Positions 1-8,494 of a DNA stretch of 64,000 bases are shown one piece after another. The DNA is from Longimicrobiales bacterium (lineage in GTDB: Bacteria; Gemmatimonadota; Gemmatimonadetes; Longimicrobiales; Gaopeijiaceae): assembly GCA_965202985.1 (NCBI GenBank), contig CBDBCF010000001.1:2176001-2240000 (forward strand), given 5' to 3'. Below the pieces are notes generated by a model. That model was not told the origin of the DNA. It made no database searches and saw nothing but the letters and a program-made list of their open reading frames with translations. Numbering within the stretch: position 1 is the stretch's first letter; each line of letters begins with the position of its first letter. The translations under genes and the position numbers were made by a program.

Positions 1-942
1 CATCCCGAGCTGTTTCGGAAGCACTTCGGCACGGTGATCCCCGCGGCGGACAACAAGTTCGCGGCGCTCAACTCGGCGGTCTGGTCCGGCGGTTCGTTCG
101 TGTACATTCCGCCGGGCGTGCGGCTGGAAACGCCGCTCCAGGCGTACTTCCGGGTCAACCAAGAGCGGCTGGGCCAGTTCGAGCGCACGCTGATCATCGC
201 GGGCGAAGGGTCGCGCGCGCACTACATCGAAGGCTGCACGGCGCCGGTGTACTCCACGGACTCGTTCCACTCGGGCGTGATCGAGATCATCGTCAACCGG
301 GGCGCGCAGTTCCGGTACACGACGATCCAGAACTGGTCCAACAACATGTACAACTTGGTCACGCAGCGGGCGCTCGTGCACCAGGACGCGCACATGGAGT
401 GGCTGGACGGGAACCTGGGCTCCAAGCTGACGATGAAGTACCCGTCGTGCTTCTTGATGGGCGAAGGCGCCCACGGCGACATCCTGTCGATCGCGTACGC
501 GGGCGACGGGCAGCACCAGGACACCGGCGGCAAGGTCGTGCACGTGGCGCCCCACACCACGTCGAGCATCGTGTCCAAGTCGATCTCCAAGGGCACGGGC
601 CGGTCGTCGTACCGGGGCTTGTGCAAGGTGTACGACGGCGCCCGCAACGCGCGTTCCAACGTGGAGTGCGACGCGCTGCTCATCAACGAGACTTCGCGCA
701 CGGACACGTTCCCCTACATCGAGATCGACGAGAAGAGCGCCACCGTCGGGCACGAGGCCACCGTGTCCAAGGTGGGCGACGAGCAGCTCTTCTACCTGAT
801 GAGCCGCGGCATGGACGAGGCGGAGGCGATGGCGCTGATCGTGCGCGGCTTCATCGAGCCGATCGCCAAGGAGCTGCCGCTGGAGTACGCGGTCGAGCTC
901 AACCGGCTCATCGAGCTGGAGATGGAAGGGAGCGTGGGCTAG
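1..942 (+). CDS. sufB: Fe-S cluster assembly protein SufB (5'-truncated by window edge)
   Basis: Frame open from base 1; SufB motifs [64 protein letters not shown]. Confidence 0.97.
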   Translation, partial: HPELFRKHFGTVIPAADNKFAALNSAVWSGGSFVYIPPGVRLETPLQAYFRVNQERLGQFERTLIIAGEGSRAHYIEGCTAPVYSTDSFHSGVIEIIVNRGAQFRYTTIQNWSNNMYNLVTQRALVHQDAHMEWLDGNLGSKLTMKYPSCFLMGEGAHGDILSIAYAGDGQHQDTGGKVVHVAPHTTSSIVSKSISKGTGRSSYRGLCKVYDGARNARSNVECDALLINETSRTDTFPYIEIDEKSATVGHEATVSKVGDEQLFYLMSRGMDEAEAMALIVRGFIEPIAKELPLEYAVELNRLIELEMEGSVG

Positions 943-947
943 CCGGC

Positions 948-2411
948 ATGGCGAAGACAGCGGCGGCGGGAAGGCCGGCCGGGCCGGGGGTGCACAAGAG
1001 CGCGGAGAACGGCGAGCGCCGGGCGGTCGGCCGAGACGCGGTTGCGGAGGCCGGTGCCGGCGACCCGCCCTGGCTCCGGGCGCGGCGGGAAGAGGCGTGG
1101 GCGGTCTACGAGGCCACGCCGATGCCGTCCACGCGCTCCGAGGAGTGGCGGTACACGGACTTGGGGCGACTGCTGGACCTGGATCGGCTGTCGGTGCGCG
1201 CGCAGGCGGGGGCGTCAAGCGCACGGCAGGGCACGGGGAGCGTCGGGGGCAGTGCGGGCGACGGCAGTGTAGGCGCCGCCGGCGGCCCGTTCCCCAGCGG
1301 CTTGCAGGCCGCCATGGACCAGGACCGGGAGGGCGCCGGGCGGGTCGTGGACGTGGACGGGGGCGTGGTTTCGGTGGCGCTTGATGAGGCACTGGCCGAG
1401 CAGGGGGTCGTGCTGGCGTCGTTGCGGGACGCGGCCCGGCGCGACTTGGAGGACGTCGAGGCGTGGTTGGCCACCGAGGCGGTGCCTGCGTCGGACGGCA
1501 AGTTTCCCGCGCTGAACGCCGCGTTGTGGAGCGACGGCGTGTACTTGCGGGTCCCCAAGGGCGTGTCGCTGGACCGGCCGATTCGTTTGAGCCGCTGGGT
1601 TTCGGAGGCGGGCACGGCGACCTTCACGCGCATTTTGATCGTGGCGGAAGAGGGGAGCCGCGTGTCGTTCGTGGACGAGATCTTGTCGCCCGACTTCGCG
1701 GGGGCGGACAAGGCGGCGCAGGCGGACGCCCCGGCGCTGGCCGGCACGGCCGTCGAGGTCTTCGCGCGGGCCGGCGCACAAGTGCAGTACGTGTCGCTGC
1801 AACGCATGGGGCGCGGCGGGTTCTACATGGCGCACCAGCGGACGCTCGCGGAACGCGACTCCACGCTGGACACGCTGAACGTGGCACTGGGCGGCTCGGT
1901 GGGTCGGGTGGACTTGAACGCCAGGCTGCTGGGGCCGGGCGCCAACAGCGACATGCTGGGCTTGTACTTCGGCGACGACGACCAGCACTTCGACTTCAAC
2001 ACCAGCCAAGACCACGTGGCGCCGAACGCGCACAGCGATCTCTTGTACAAGGGCGCGCTGGACGGCTCGTCGCGAGGCGTCTTTCGGGGGATCATCCGCG
2101 TTCACGAAGGTGCGCAGCGCACCGACGCCTATCAGACCAACCGCAACTTGATCTTGTCGGAGCAGGCGGTGGCCACGTCGTTGCCCAACTTGGAGATCGG
2201 CGCCGACGACGTGCGCTGCTCCCACGGCGCCACGGTGGGCCAGCTGGACATGGAAGCGCTCTTCTACCTGATGAGCCGCGGCTTGGAGCGGCGGCAAGCC
2301 GAGCGCTTGGTCGTGCTGGGCTTCCTGGGCGAAGTGCTGTCCAAGCTGCCGCTGGGCGGCGTCGCGGAGAAGGTGACGCGGGCGATCGAAACCAAGCTTC
2401 GGCATGGGTGA
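948..2411 (+). CDS. sufD: Fe-S cluster assembly protein SufD
   Basis: ATG 948 inside ORF 399-2411; [55 protein letters not shown]. Confidence 0.95.
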   Translation: MAKTAAAGRPAGPGVHKSAENGERRAVGRDAVAEAGAGDPPWLRARREEAWAVYEATPMPSTRSEEWRYTDLGRLLDLDRLSVRAQAGASSARQGTGSVGGSAGDGSVGAAGGPFPSGLQAAMDQDREGAGRVVDVDGGVVSVALDEALAEQGVVLASLRDAARRDLEDVEAWLATEAVPASDGKFPALNAALWSDGVYLRVPKGVSLDRPIRLSRWVSEAGTATFTRILIVAEEGSRVSFVDEILSPDFAGADKAAQADAPALAGTAVEVFARAGAQVQYVSLQRMGRGGFYMAHQRTLAERDSTLDTLNVALGGSVGRVDLNARLLGPGANSDMLGLYFGDDDQHFDFNTSQDHVAPNAHSDLLYKGALDGSSRGVFRGIIRVHEGAQRTDAYQTNRNLILSEQAVATSLPNLEIGADDVRCSHGATVGQLDMEALFYLMSRGLERRQAERLVVLGFLGEVLSKLPLGGVAEKVTRAIETKLRHG

Positions 2412-2748
2412 GACGGGCGGCGACGCCGGAGGGCCGGGACCCGGCTGGGTTCGGGTGGCCGCCGCCGCCGACGTGCCGCCGGGCGGGCTCATGCCCGTCG
2501 ACGCGGGCAACGAGCGTATCGTGCTGGCCCACGCGGACGACGGCATTTGCGCCGTCGAGGACCGCTGCTCGCATCAGGACTTTCCCTTGTCGTCGGGACA
2601 GCTGGACGGCTGCGAGCTGGAGTGTCCCTACCACGGCGCGGCGTTCGACGTGCGCACGGGGCGCGCGACCCGGCTTCCGGCCGTGCGTCCGGTTCGGACT
2701 TTCGCGGTCGAGGTGCGCGACGACAGCGTCTACGTGAAAGTTGGCTGA
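2404..2748 (+). CDS. Rieske [2Fe-2S] ferredoxin
   Basis: CSH..(16)..CPYH Rieske motifs; overlaps sufD and sufS ends. Confidence 0.92.
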   Translation: MGETGGDAGGPGPGWVRVAAAADVPPGGLMPVDAGNERIVLAHADDGICAVEDRCSHQDFPLSSGQLDGCELECPYHGAAFDVRTGRATRLPAVRPVRTFAVEVRDDSVYVKVG

Positions 2749-3988
2749 ACGGGCCGGGCGATTGGACGTAGCGGCCGTCCGCCGGGACTTTCCCATCTTG
2801 GATCAGATGGTGGACGGCAAGCCCCTGATCTACCTGGACAACGCCGCCTCTTCCCAGAAGCCGCGCCAAGTCGTGGAGGCCGTCAGTCGCTACTACCTGC
2901 ACGACCACGCAAACGTGCACCGGGGCGTGCACGAACTGGCGCGCCGGGCGACGGAGGCGTACGAAGGCAGCCGCGAGCGCGTGGCGCGCTGGTTGGGGGC
3001 CGCGGACGCGCACGAGGTGGTGTGGACGCGAGGCACAAGCGAGGCGCTGAACTTGCTCGCGTTCTCGATCGGGGAAGCGCGGGTCGGTGCCGGCGACGAG
3101 ATCGTGGCGTCCGAGATGGAGCACCACTCGAACTTGGTGCCTTGGCAGCTGTTGGCCGTGCGAAAGGGCGCGCGACTGCGGCTTGTGCGTCTCACCGACG
3201 ACGGCCGCTTGGACCTGGACCACTTGGCCGGCCTGCTCGGAGCGCGAACCAAGGTCGTGGCCCTGTCGCACGTGTCGAACGCCTTGGGCACGATCAACCC
3301 GGTGGCCGAGATCGGGCGTTTGGTGCGCGAGCGGTCCGACGCCGCCTTCGTCCTGGACGGTGCCCAGGGTGCGCCCCACTTGGCCCTGGACGTGCGGTCG
3401 CTCGGTTGCGACGCCTACGCCTTCTCCGGCCACAAGATGTGCGGCCCGACGGGCGCGGGCGGCCTGTGGGCGCGGCCAGCGCTGCTGGACGAGATGCCCC
3501 CCTATCAAGGCGGCGGCGAGATGATCGAGCACGTGTACCGCGACCACAGCACGTGGGCCGAGCCGCCGCACAAGTTCGAGGCCGGCACGCCCAACATCGC
3601 CGGTGCCGTGGGCTTGGCGGCGGCCGCCGAGTACTTGGAGGGAGTCGGACTGGACGCTGTTCACCAGCACGAGTCGGCCCTGGCGGAGCGGGCGGTGGAA
3701 GCGTTGTCGGAGGTGGACGGCCTGCGGGTGCTGGGGCCGTCCGAGGCCAGCCAGCGGGCGGGCGTGGTGCCGTTCGTGATCGAAGGCGTCGCTGCGCAAG
3801 ACGTGGCCACGATCCTGGACGCGGAAGGCATCGCCGTGCGCGCCGGCCATCACTGCGCCCAGCTGGTGGTGGACCGCTACGGCGTGACCGCCACCGTCCG
3901 TGCATCCTTTTACCTTTACAACTCGCTCCAAGAGGTCGAGCGCCTGGCCGAAGGCGTGCGCATGGCCCGGAAGATGCTGGGCGGCTAG
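2741..3988 (+). CDS. sufS: SufS-type cysteine desulfurase
   Basis: YLDNAASSQKP, ANVHRG, EHHSN, SGHKMCGPTG (PLP lysine), RAGHHCAQ (catalytic Cys), RASFYLYN. Confidence 0.96.
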   Translation: MAERAGRLDVAAVRRDFPILDQMVDGKPLIYLDNAASSQKPRQVVEAVSRYYLHDHANVHRGVHELARRATEAYEGSRERVARWLGAADAHEVVWTRGTSEALNLLAFSIGEARVGAGDEIVASEMEHHSNLVPWQLLAVRKGARLRLVRLTDDGRLDLDHLAGLLGARTKVVALSHVSNALGTINPVAEIGRLVRERSDAAFVLDGAQGAPHLALDVRSLGCDAYAFSGHKMCGPTGAGGLWARPALLDEMPPYQGGGEMIEHVYRDHSTWAEPPHKFEAGTPNIAGAVGLAAAAEYLEGVGLDAVHQHESALAERAVEALSEVDGLRVLGPSEASQRAGVVPFVIEGVAAQDVATILDAEGIAVRAGHHCAQLVVDRYGVTATVRASFYLYNSLQEVERLAEGVRMARKMLGG

Positions 3989-4025
3989 TCCATCCAGCGA
4001 GACGAACAGAAAGGAAGACGACTTG

Positions 4026-4676
4026 GTGAAGACGAGGACAAGACTTCGGAGCAGGATCACCTTGATGCGCTTGGCCGCGGTCTCGTTGGTCTGGCTTGTG
4101 CAGGGATGCGGCGACAGCCCTGGACAGTCCGGCGGCCCCGCGCCCGAGCCCGACCCCTACGTGTCCACCGAAGTCCCGCAGGAGTCCATGCAGGAAGCCG
4201 ACTACGGCGACCTGGACCCGGCGGAGGTCGGCTTGGTCCTGCCCTGGACCCGCAACCGCGTGTCGAAGGACCCCACGCCGGCGGACTCGCCCGTGCGCTT
4301 GACGGACGTCGCCTTCGAGCGCCTGGCGGAGTTCGACCGCGCAGTCTTCTCGTTCGAGCCCCGCTTGCCGGGCTACCGGCTGTCGCTGGTCGCGGAAGCC
4401 GGCGGCGGTTGCGACGGCACGACGGACGCGACCGATGCCCCGGTGCACTTGGTCGTGGAGCTGGAGACGGCCCAGGCCAACGAGGACGGACAGGCCACCG
4501 TGGCGGACAGGGACCGGAGCTTGGACTACCCGGCGCTGACCACCGCCGTCCAGACATGCGACGAGGCCGGCAAGGTGCGCTGGGCGCTGGGCGTCAGCGC
4601 CGACACCGACTTCCGCATGATGGAGATGGGCGGTCAGCCGCGCCTAGTGCTGGACCTGAAGCACCCGGAGGGGTGA
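4026..4676 (+). CDS. Lipoprotein, AMIN-like domain
   Basis: AAGGA RBS at 4011; hydrophobic signal ending VQGC; FDRAVFSF and RLVLDLKH resemble AMIN-like folds. Start could also be 4023 or 4065. Confidence 0.65.
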   Translation: MKTRTRLRSRITLMRLAAVSLVWLVQGCGDSPGQSGGPAPEPDPYVSTEVPQESMQEADYGDLDPAEVGLVLPWTRNRVSKDPTPADSPVRLTDVAFERLAEFDRAVFSFEPRLPGYRLSLVAEAGGGCDGTTDATDAPVHLVVELETAQANEDGQATVADRDRSLDYPALTTAVQTCDEAGKVRWALGVSADTDFRMMEMGGQPRLVLDLKHPEG

Positions 4677-4683
4677 TTTCGGA

Positions 4684-5621
4684 TTAGCTGGGCGACGCCG
4701 ATTCGGTGGACCCGGCCGGCCGGCGGCTCGGATTCGGGCAGCTCACGTCGATCACGACCACGCGAATCATCTGCCGCTGTTCGTCGGTCAGCTCCTCTTC
4801 CAAGGCAGCGCTTCAGCTCCTCGGGCGCGTCAGGCTTGGGATGGTGCCCGCAGGGTGGCACCACGGCGGTATGTTCGGCGCCGAACCACAAGACCACGTA
4901 GATGCCGAAGCCGCTCGACATCGGGTCCCGCGTGTACTTGGCGATCAACTGCGTCTCGATGGCGCTCCACAGCTGACGATGGCTGTTCTTCTTGATTTCG
5001 ATCGGGATCGCCCAGTCCCCGTAAGCAACACGAATATCGGCGCGCTTGTCGTCGGCATAGTGTCCCTCGGGCTGGGCATCCACACCCGCAACTAGACGTT
5101 GCCGCAGGTCCGAGAGCAGGGCGTCTCTGCAAGGATCTTCGTGACGGGGATCCGTTGCCCGACCGTGATCGTCCACCTTCCAATACTGCTTCCAGTCGTC
5201 GGTGTTGCCGTGCCGAATCTCAATGGCAAGCTCCTCAAGCTTGTTCACCAGCAAGGCGGCGAAGTCGCCAACGTTCGCAGGGGTCCCGCCGCCCAAAGTC
5301 TCCTGTACTTCACGAACGCTCGGCACCCTGTACTCGGCTACACGACGCGCGATCCGCCACTCATTGTACTTGGGTTCGACGATGTGTCGCCACGAAGCCA
5401 GGCGTGTCCATGCCCACAACCGCCGACTTGGCGTCCACTAGCGCGACGACTCGGTCCTCGAGGTCACTAATGCTCGAAAGGCTCCGAAGCAGGATTTCCA
5501 ATGCAAACTGCAGCCCACCAGCCTGTAAACCGTTGCAACGGCTCGGCCAACTTCCTGCCAGTCGCAATGCCGTTTCCGCTGCATTAGTCACGTAGCGATC
5601 CTCGGCGGCTAGACGCTTCAT
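4684..5621 (-). pseudogene. Frameshifted C-terminal remnant of a large NTPase-associated protein with a PD-(D/E)XK nuclease domain
   Basis: Fragments in three frames: 5621-5361, 5419-~4803 (EGHYADDKRADI..IPIEIKK..GFGIYVVLWFG), then a shifted tail LEEELTDEQRQMIRVVVIDVSCP ending at TAA 4684-4686. Lower GC than flanks. Confidence 0.75.
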
Positions 5622-5640
5622 ATGTTCTCCGTCCCAAATG

Positions 5641-5895
5641 TCATGTCAAACCTGCGACTTTCCCACCGCGACGAGACGCCGGTGGTCCGACCGCGCGGGC
5701 CCGCCGTTTCCGTCGGTTCGGCCGTGGGTTCGTCGGCGGCCACGTACAAGCCCGGACCCCGTTCTGGCGCAGAACATCGCGGACGATCGTCGTCTTGCCG
5801 GTCCGACGGGGGCCGATGACCGCGACGATCAGCGGCTTCTCCAGGCGCAACAACCGAAGCACCGTTTCCACGTGTTGTCTCTGAAACTGTATCAT
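5641..5895 (-). pseudogene. N-terminal fragment of an AAA+ (AAA_14-like) ATP-binding protein
   Basis: Walker A GPRRTGKT; frameshift near 5750 continues LYVAADEP in another frame; no Walker B or remainder. Confidence 0.7.
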
Positions 5896-6050
5896 GTCAT
5901 TGAAGATACGTCGTAATGATATTTACTCAATAACATCTTCAACCAGCGATCGGGGCGACCGTTCCAGACCACGGGCGCCGGGTGCGCACGACGGGAGCGT
6001 CAGCTATCTTGCCGGCTCGCCCAACAACGATGCCGCCACGGAGATCGCCC

Positions 6051-7688
6051 ATGCCTTCTCGCAGCGCCGCTTGCCCTTGGTCCCTACGCCGCTTCCTGGT
6101 ACCCGCCGCCCTCTGGCTGCTCCCCGCCTGCACCCCCCAGCCCGAACCCGCCGACCTCCTCATCGCGGGCGGCTCCGTTCTGGACGGCTCGGGGGGCGAG
6201 GCCGTGGTTGCGGATGTGGCCGTGGCGGACGGGCGCATCGCGTTCGTGGGCGACGCGGCGGGCGCGGGAATAGTTGCGCGGGACACGGTGGACGCCGCTG
6301 GGCTGGTGGTTGCGCCGGGGTTCGTGGACATGCACTCGCACGCGGAACTGGAAGCGGACCATGGGCGCGACGCGCGCGCGTTTCTCTACCAGGGGATCAC
6401 GAGCGTGGCACTGGGCATGGACGGAGGCGGAACCGCCGAGACGTCCGACCGGCTGGCGGGGTGGACGGCGGACGGGATAGGTGTGAACGCCTTCCACTAC
6501 GTGGGGCACAACTGGGTGCGACGGCAGGTCATGGGAATGGCGGATCGGGCGCCGTCGGCAGGGGAACTGGACCGGATGCGGGCGCTCGTGCGGAAAGGGA
6601 TGGACGAAGGCGCCTACGGGCTGTCGTCGGGGCTGTTCTATCTGCCGGGCAACTACGCGGAGACGGAAGAGGTGATCGCGCTGAACCAGGTGGCGGCGGA
6701 GTACGAGGGCGCGATCTACGACACGCACGACAGGGACTTGGGGGCCGCGTATCCGCCGTTCGGGTACTTGGCGTCGACCGCCGAGGGGATCCGCATCGGG
6801 GAAGAGGCGGGCACCAAGGTGATATTCAGCCATTTCAACGCCCAGGGTGCCCACAACTACGGGCGAGCGGTCGAGGGGGCGGCGCTGATCGAGGCAGCCA
6901 GGGCCAGGGGCGTGGAGGTCGCGGGCGCGCATCATTCCTATACGGCCACCCAGTCGAACCTGCGCTCCTATACTGTACCCGGCTGGGCCGCGGCCGGCGG
7001 CGACACCGCGATGATCCGGCGCTTCGACGATCCCGACACGCTTGCGCTCGTGGACGCCCAAACCCGCGAAATGCTGGCGATCCGAGGCGGCGCGGAGCGA
7101 CTCCTCTTCGCCGACCCGCGCCCCGACCTCAACGGCAAGACGCTCCGGCAGGTCGCCGACGAATGGGGAACCGACGCCCCCGACGCCGCGCGCCGAATCC
7201 TGCGCCAAGGCAACGCCGCGGTCATGAACCTGGGCCTCTACGACATCGAGAACATCCGCTACCTGGCCCAGCTGGACTGGATGATGACCTGCACCGATGG
7301 CCGCGACCCGGGGCCGACCCGCCCGGTGACGCACCCCCGCGCCTTCGGCTCCTTCACCAAGAAGTTGCGCGACCTGGTGCTGGACGAAGGGCTGATCACG
7401 CTTCCCCACGCGGTTCGCTCCATGACCGGGTTGGCCGCCGACTTCCTGAGCTGGACCGACCGAGGCTACTTGCGCGAAGGCTACTGGGCGGACATCGCCC
7501 TGCTCGACATGGACGCCGTGCAGGACGCCGCGACCTACGAGAACCCGCACCAATACTCCCGCGGCACGGTGCACGTGCTGGTCAACGGCGAGTTTGCGAT
7601 TCGGGACGGCGAAGCCACGCTGGCGCTGGCGGGGCGCGCTCTGGTGCGGGGCGGCGGCGTCTTCGGCGGGGACGCGACACGGCCTTGA
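6051..7688 (+). CDS. N-acyl-D-amino-acid deacylase-like amidohydrolase (lipoprotein)
   Basis: GGAG RBS before ATG 6051; lipobox LPAC; APGFVDMHSH, GLSSGLFYLPG, HPRAFGSF, RGYLREGYWAD, VLVNG. Confidence 0.88.
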   Translation: MPSRSAACPWSLRRFLVPAALWLLPACTPQPEPADLLIAGGSVLDGSGGEAVVADVAVADGRIAFVGDAAGAGIVARDTVDAAGLVVAPGFVDMHSHAELEADHGRDARAFLYQGITSVALGMDGGGTAETSDRLAGWTADGIGVNAFHYVGHNWVRRQVMGMADRAPSAGELDRMRALVRKGMDEGAYGLSSGLFYLPGNYAETEEVIALNQVAAEYEGAIYDTHDRDLGAAYPPFGYLASTAEGIRIGEEAGTKVIFSHFNAQGAHNYGRAVEGAALIEAARARGVEVAGAHHSYTATQSNLRSYTVPGWAAAGGDTAMIRRFDDPDTLALVDAQTREMLAIRGGAERLLFADPRPDLNGKTLRQVADEWGTDAPDAARRILRQGNAAVMNLGLYDIENIRYLAQLDWMMTCTDGRDPGPTRPVTHPRAFGSFTKKLRDLVLDEGLITLPHAVRSMTGLAADFLSWTDRGYLREGYWADIALLDMDAVQDAATYENPHQYSRGTVHVLVNGEFAIRDGEATLALAGRALVRGGGVFGGDATRP

Positions 7689-8476
7689 AGCCCGTGAACG
7701 CCGAAGTCCTTGCCTCTCGCGACGGGCCGCTTGCAACCCTGACCCTCAACCGGCCCGACCGCCTCAACGCCGTCAACTTGCGCATGTACGAGGGGCTGGC
7801 GGCGGAGTTGGCGACAGCCGACGAGGACCCGGCCGTGCGGTGCGTGATCGTCACGGGCCGGGGGCGCGCCTTCTGCGCAGGGGCGGACTTGAAGGCGCAC
7901 GCCGCTGGGCCGCCCACGCCGGTGGAACGGAGCCGCTACGCGCGGGCGGCGCAATGGGCGAATCGGCTCCTCCAGACGATGGGCACGCCGGTGGTGGCGG
8001 CGGTCAACGGGCACGCCGTGGGGGCCGGGTTGGAGCTTGCCCTGTCGGCGGACTTCGCGGTCGTGGCGGAAGAAGCCAAGTTGCGGTTGCCGGAGGTCGC
8101 GCTGGGCACCTTCGTGGGAGGCGGCGTCGTGTACACGCTGGCGGAGCGCGTCGGCGTGCTGAAGGCTCGGGAGATCGTTTACATGGGCGACTTCTTTTCG
8201 GGCGCGGACGCCGCGGACATGGGAGTCGTGAATCGGGCAGTTCCGGCGACGGAGGTGATGGCCGTGGCGACCGAGTGGGGCGGGCGTCTCGCCCGGCGCG
8301 CCCCGGTGTCGCTGGCCGCCGCCAAGCGCCTGATCGGGCCGGCGGGGTTCGCGACTCGCGACGAGGCGATGAAGCGGGAGCGAGAGGCGCTGGAACGGGT
8401 ATTCGGGACGGAGGACTGGAAGGAGGGCGTCGCGGCGTTCCACGCGAAGCGCCCACCCCGCTTCCGGGGCCGCTGA
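7685..8476 (+). CDS. Enoyl-CoA hydratase/isomerase family protein
   Basis: C-terminal part of ORF 5894-8476; TTG overlaps upstream TGA (alternative GTG 7694); LNRPDRLNA, FCAGADLK, VNGHAVGAGLEL, PEVALG, EGVAAF..KRPP.F.G. Confidence 0.9.
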   Translation: MKPVNAEVLASRDGPLATLTLNRPDRLNAVNLRMYEGLAAELATADEDPAVRCVIVTGRGRAFCAGADLKAHAAGPPTPVERSRYARAAQWANRLLQTMGTPVVAAVNGHAVGAGLELALSADFAVVAEEAKLRLPEVALGTFVGGGVVYTLAERVGVLKAREIVYMGDFFSGADAADMGVVNRAVPATEVMAVATEWGGRLARRAPVSLAAAKRLIGPAGFATRDEAMKREREALERVFGTEDWKEGVAAFHAKRPPRFRGR

Positions 8477-8494
8477 GGGCGGGGCCGGGCGGCC

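Noticed and set aside
5894..8476. 860-aa ORF as a large crotonase fusion
   Set aside because: The first ~600 codons are an Arg/Gly-rich shadow frame over the amidohydrolase; the real gene starts near 7685.
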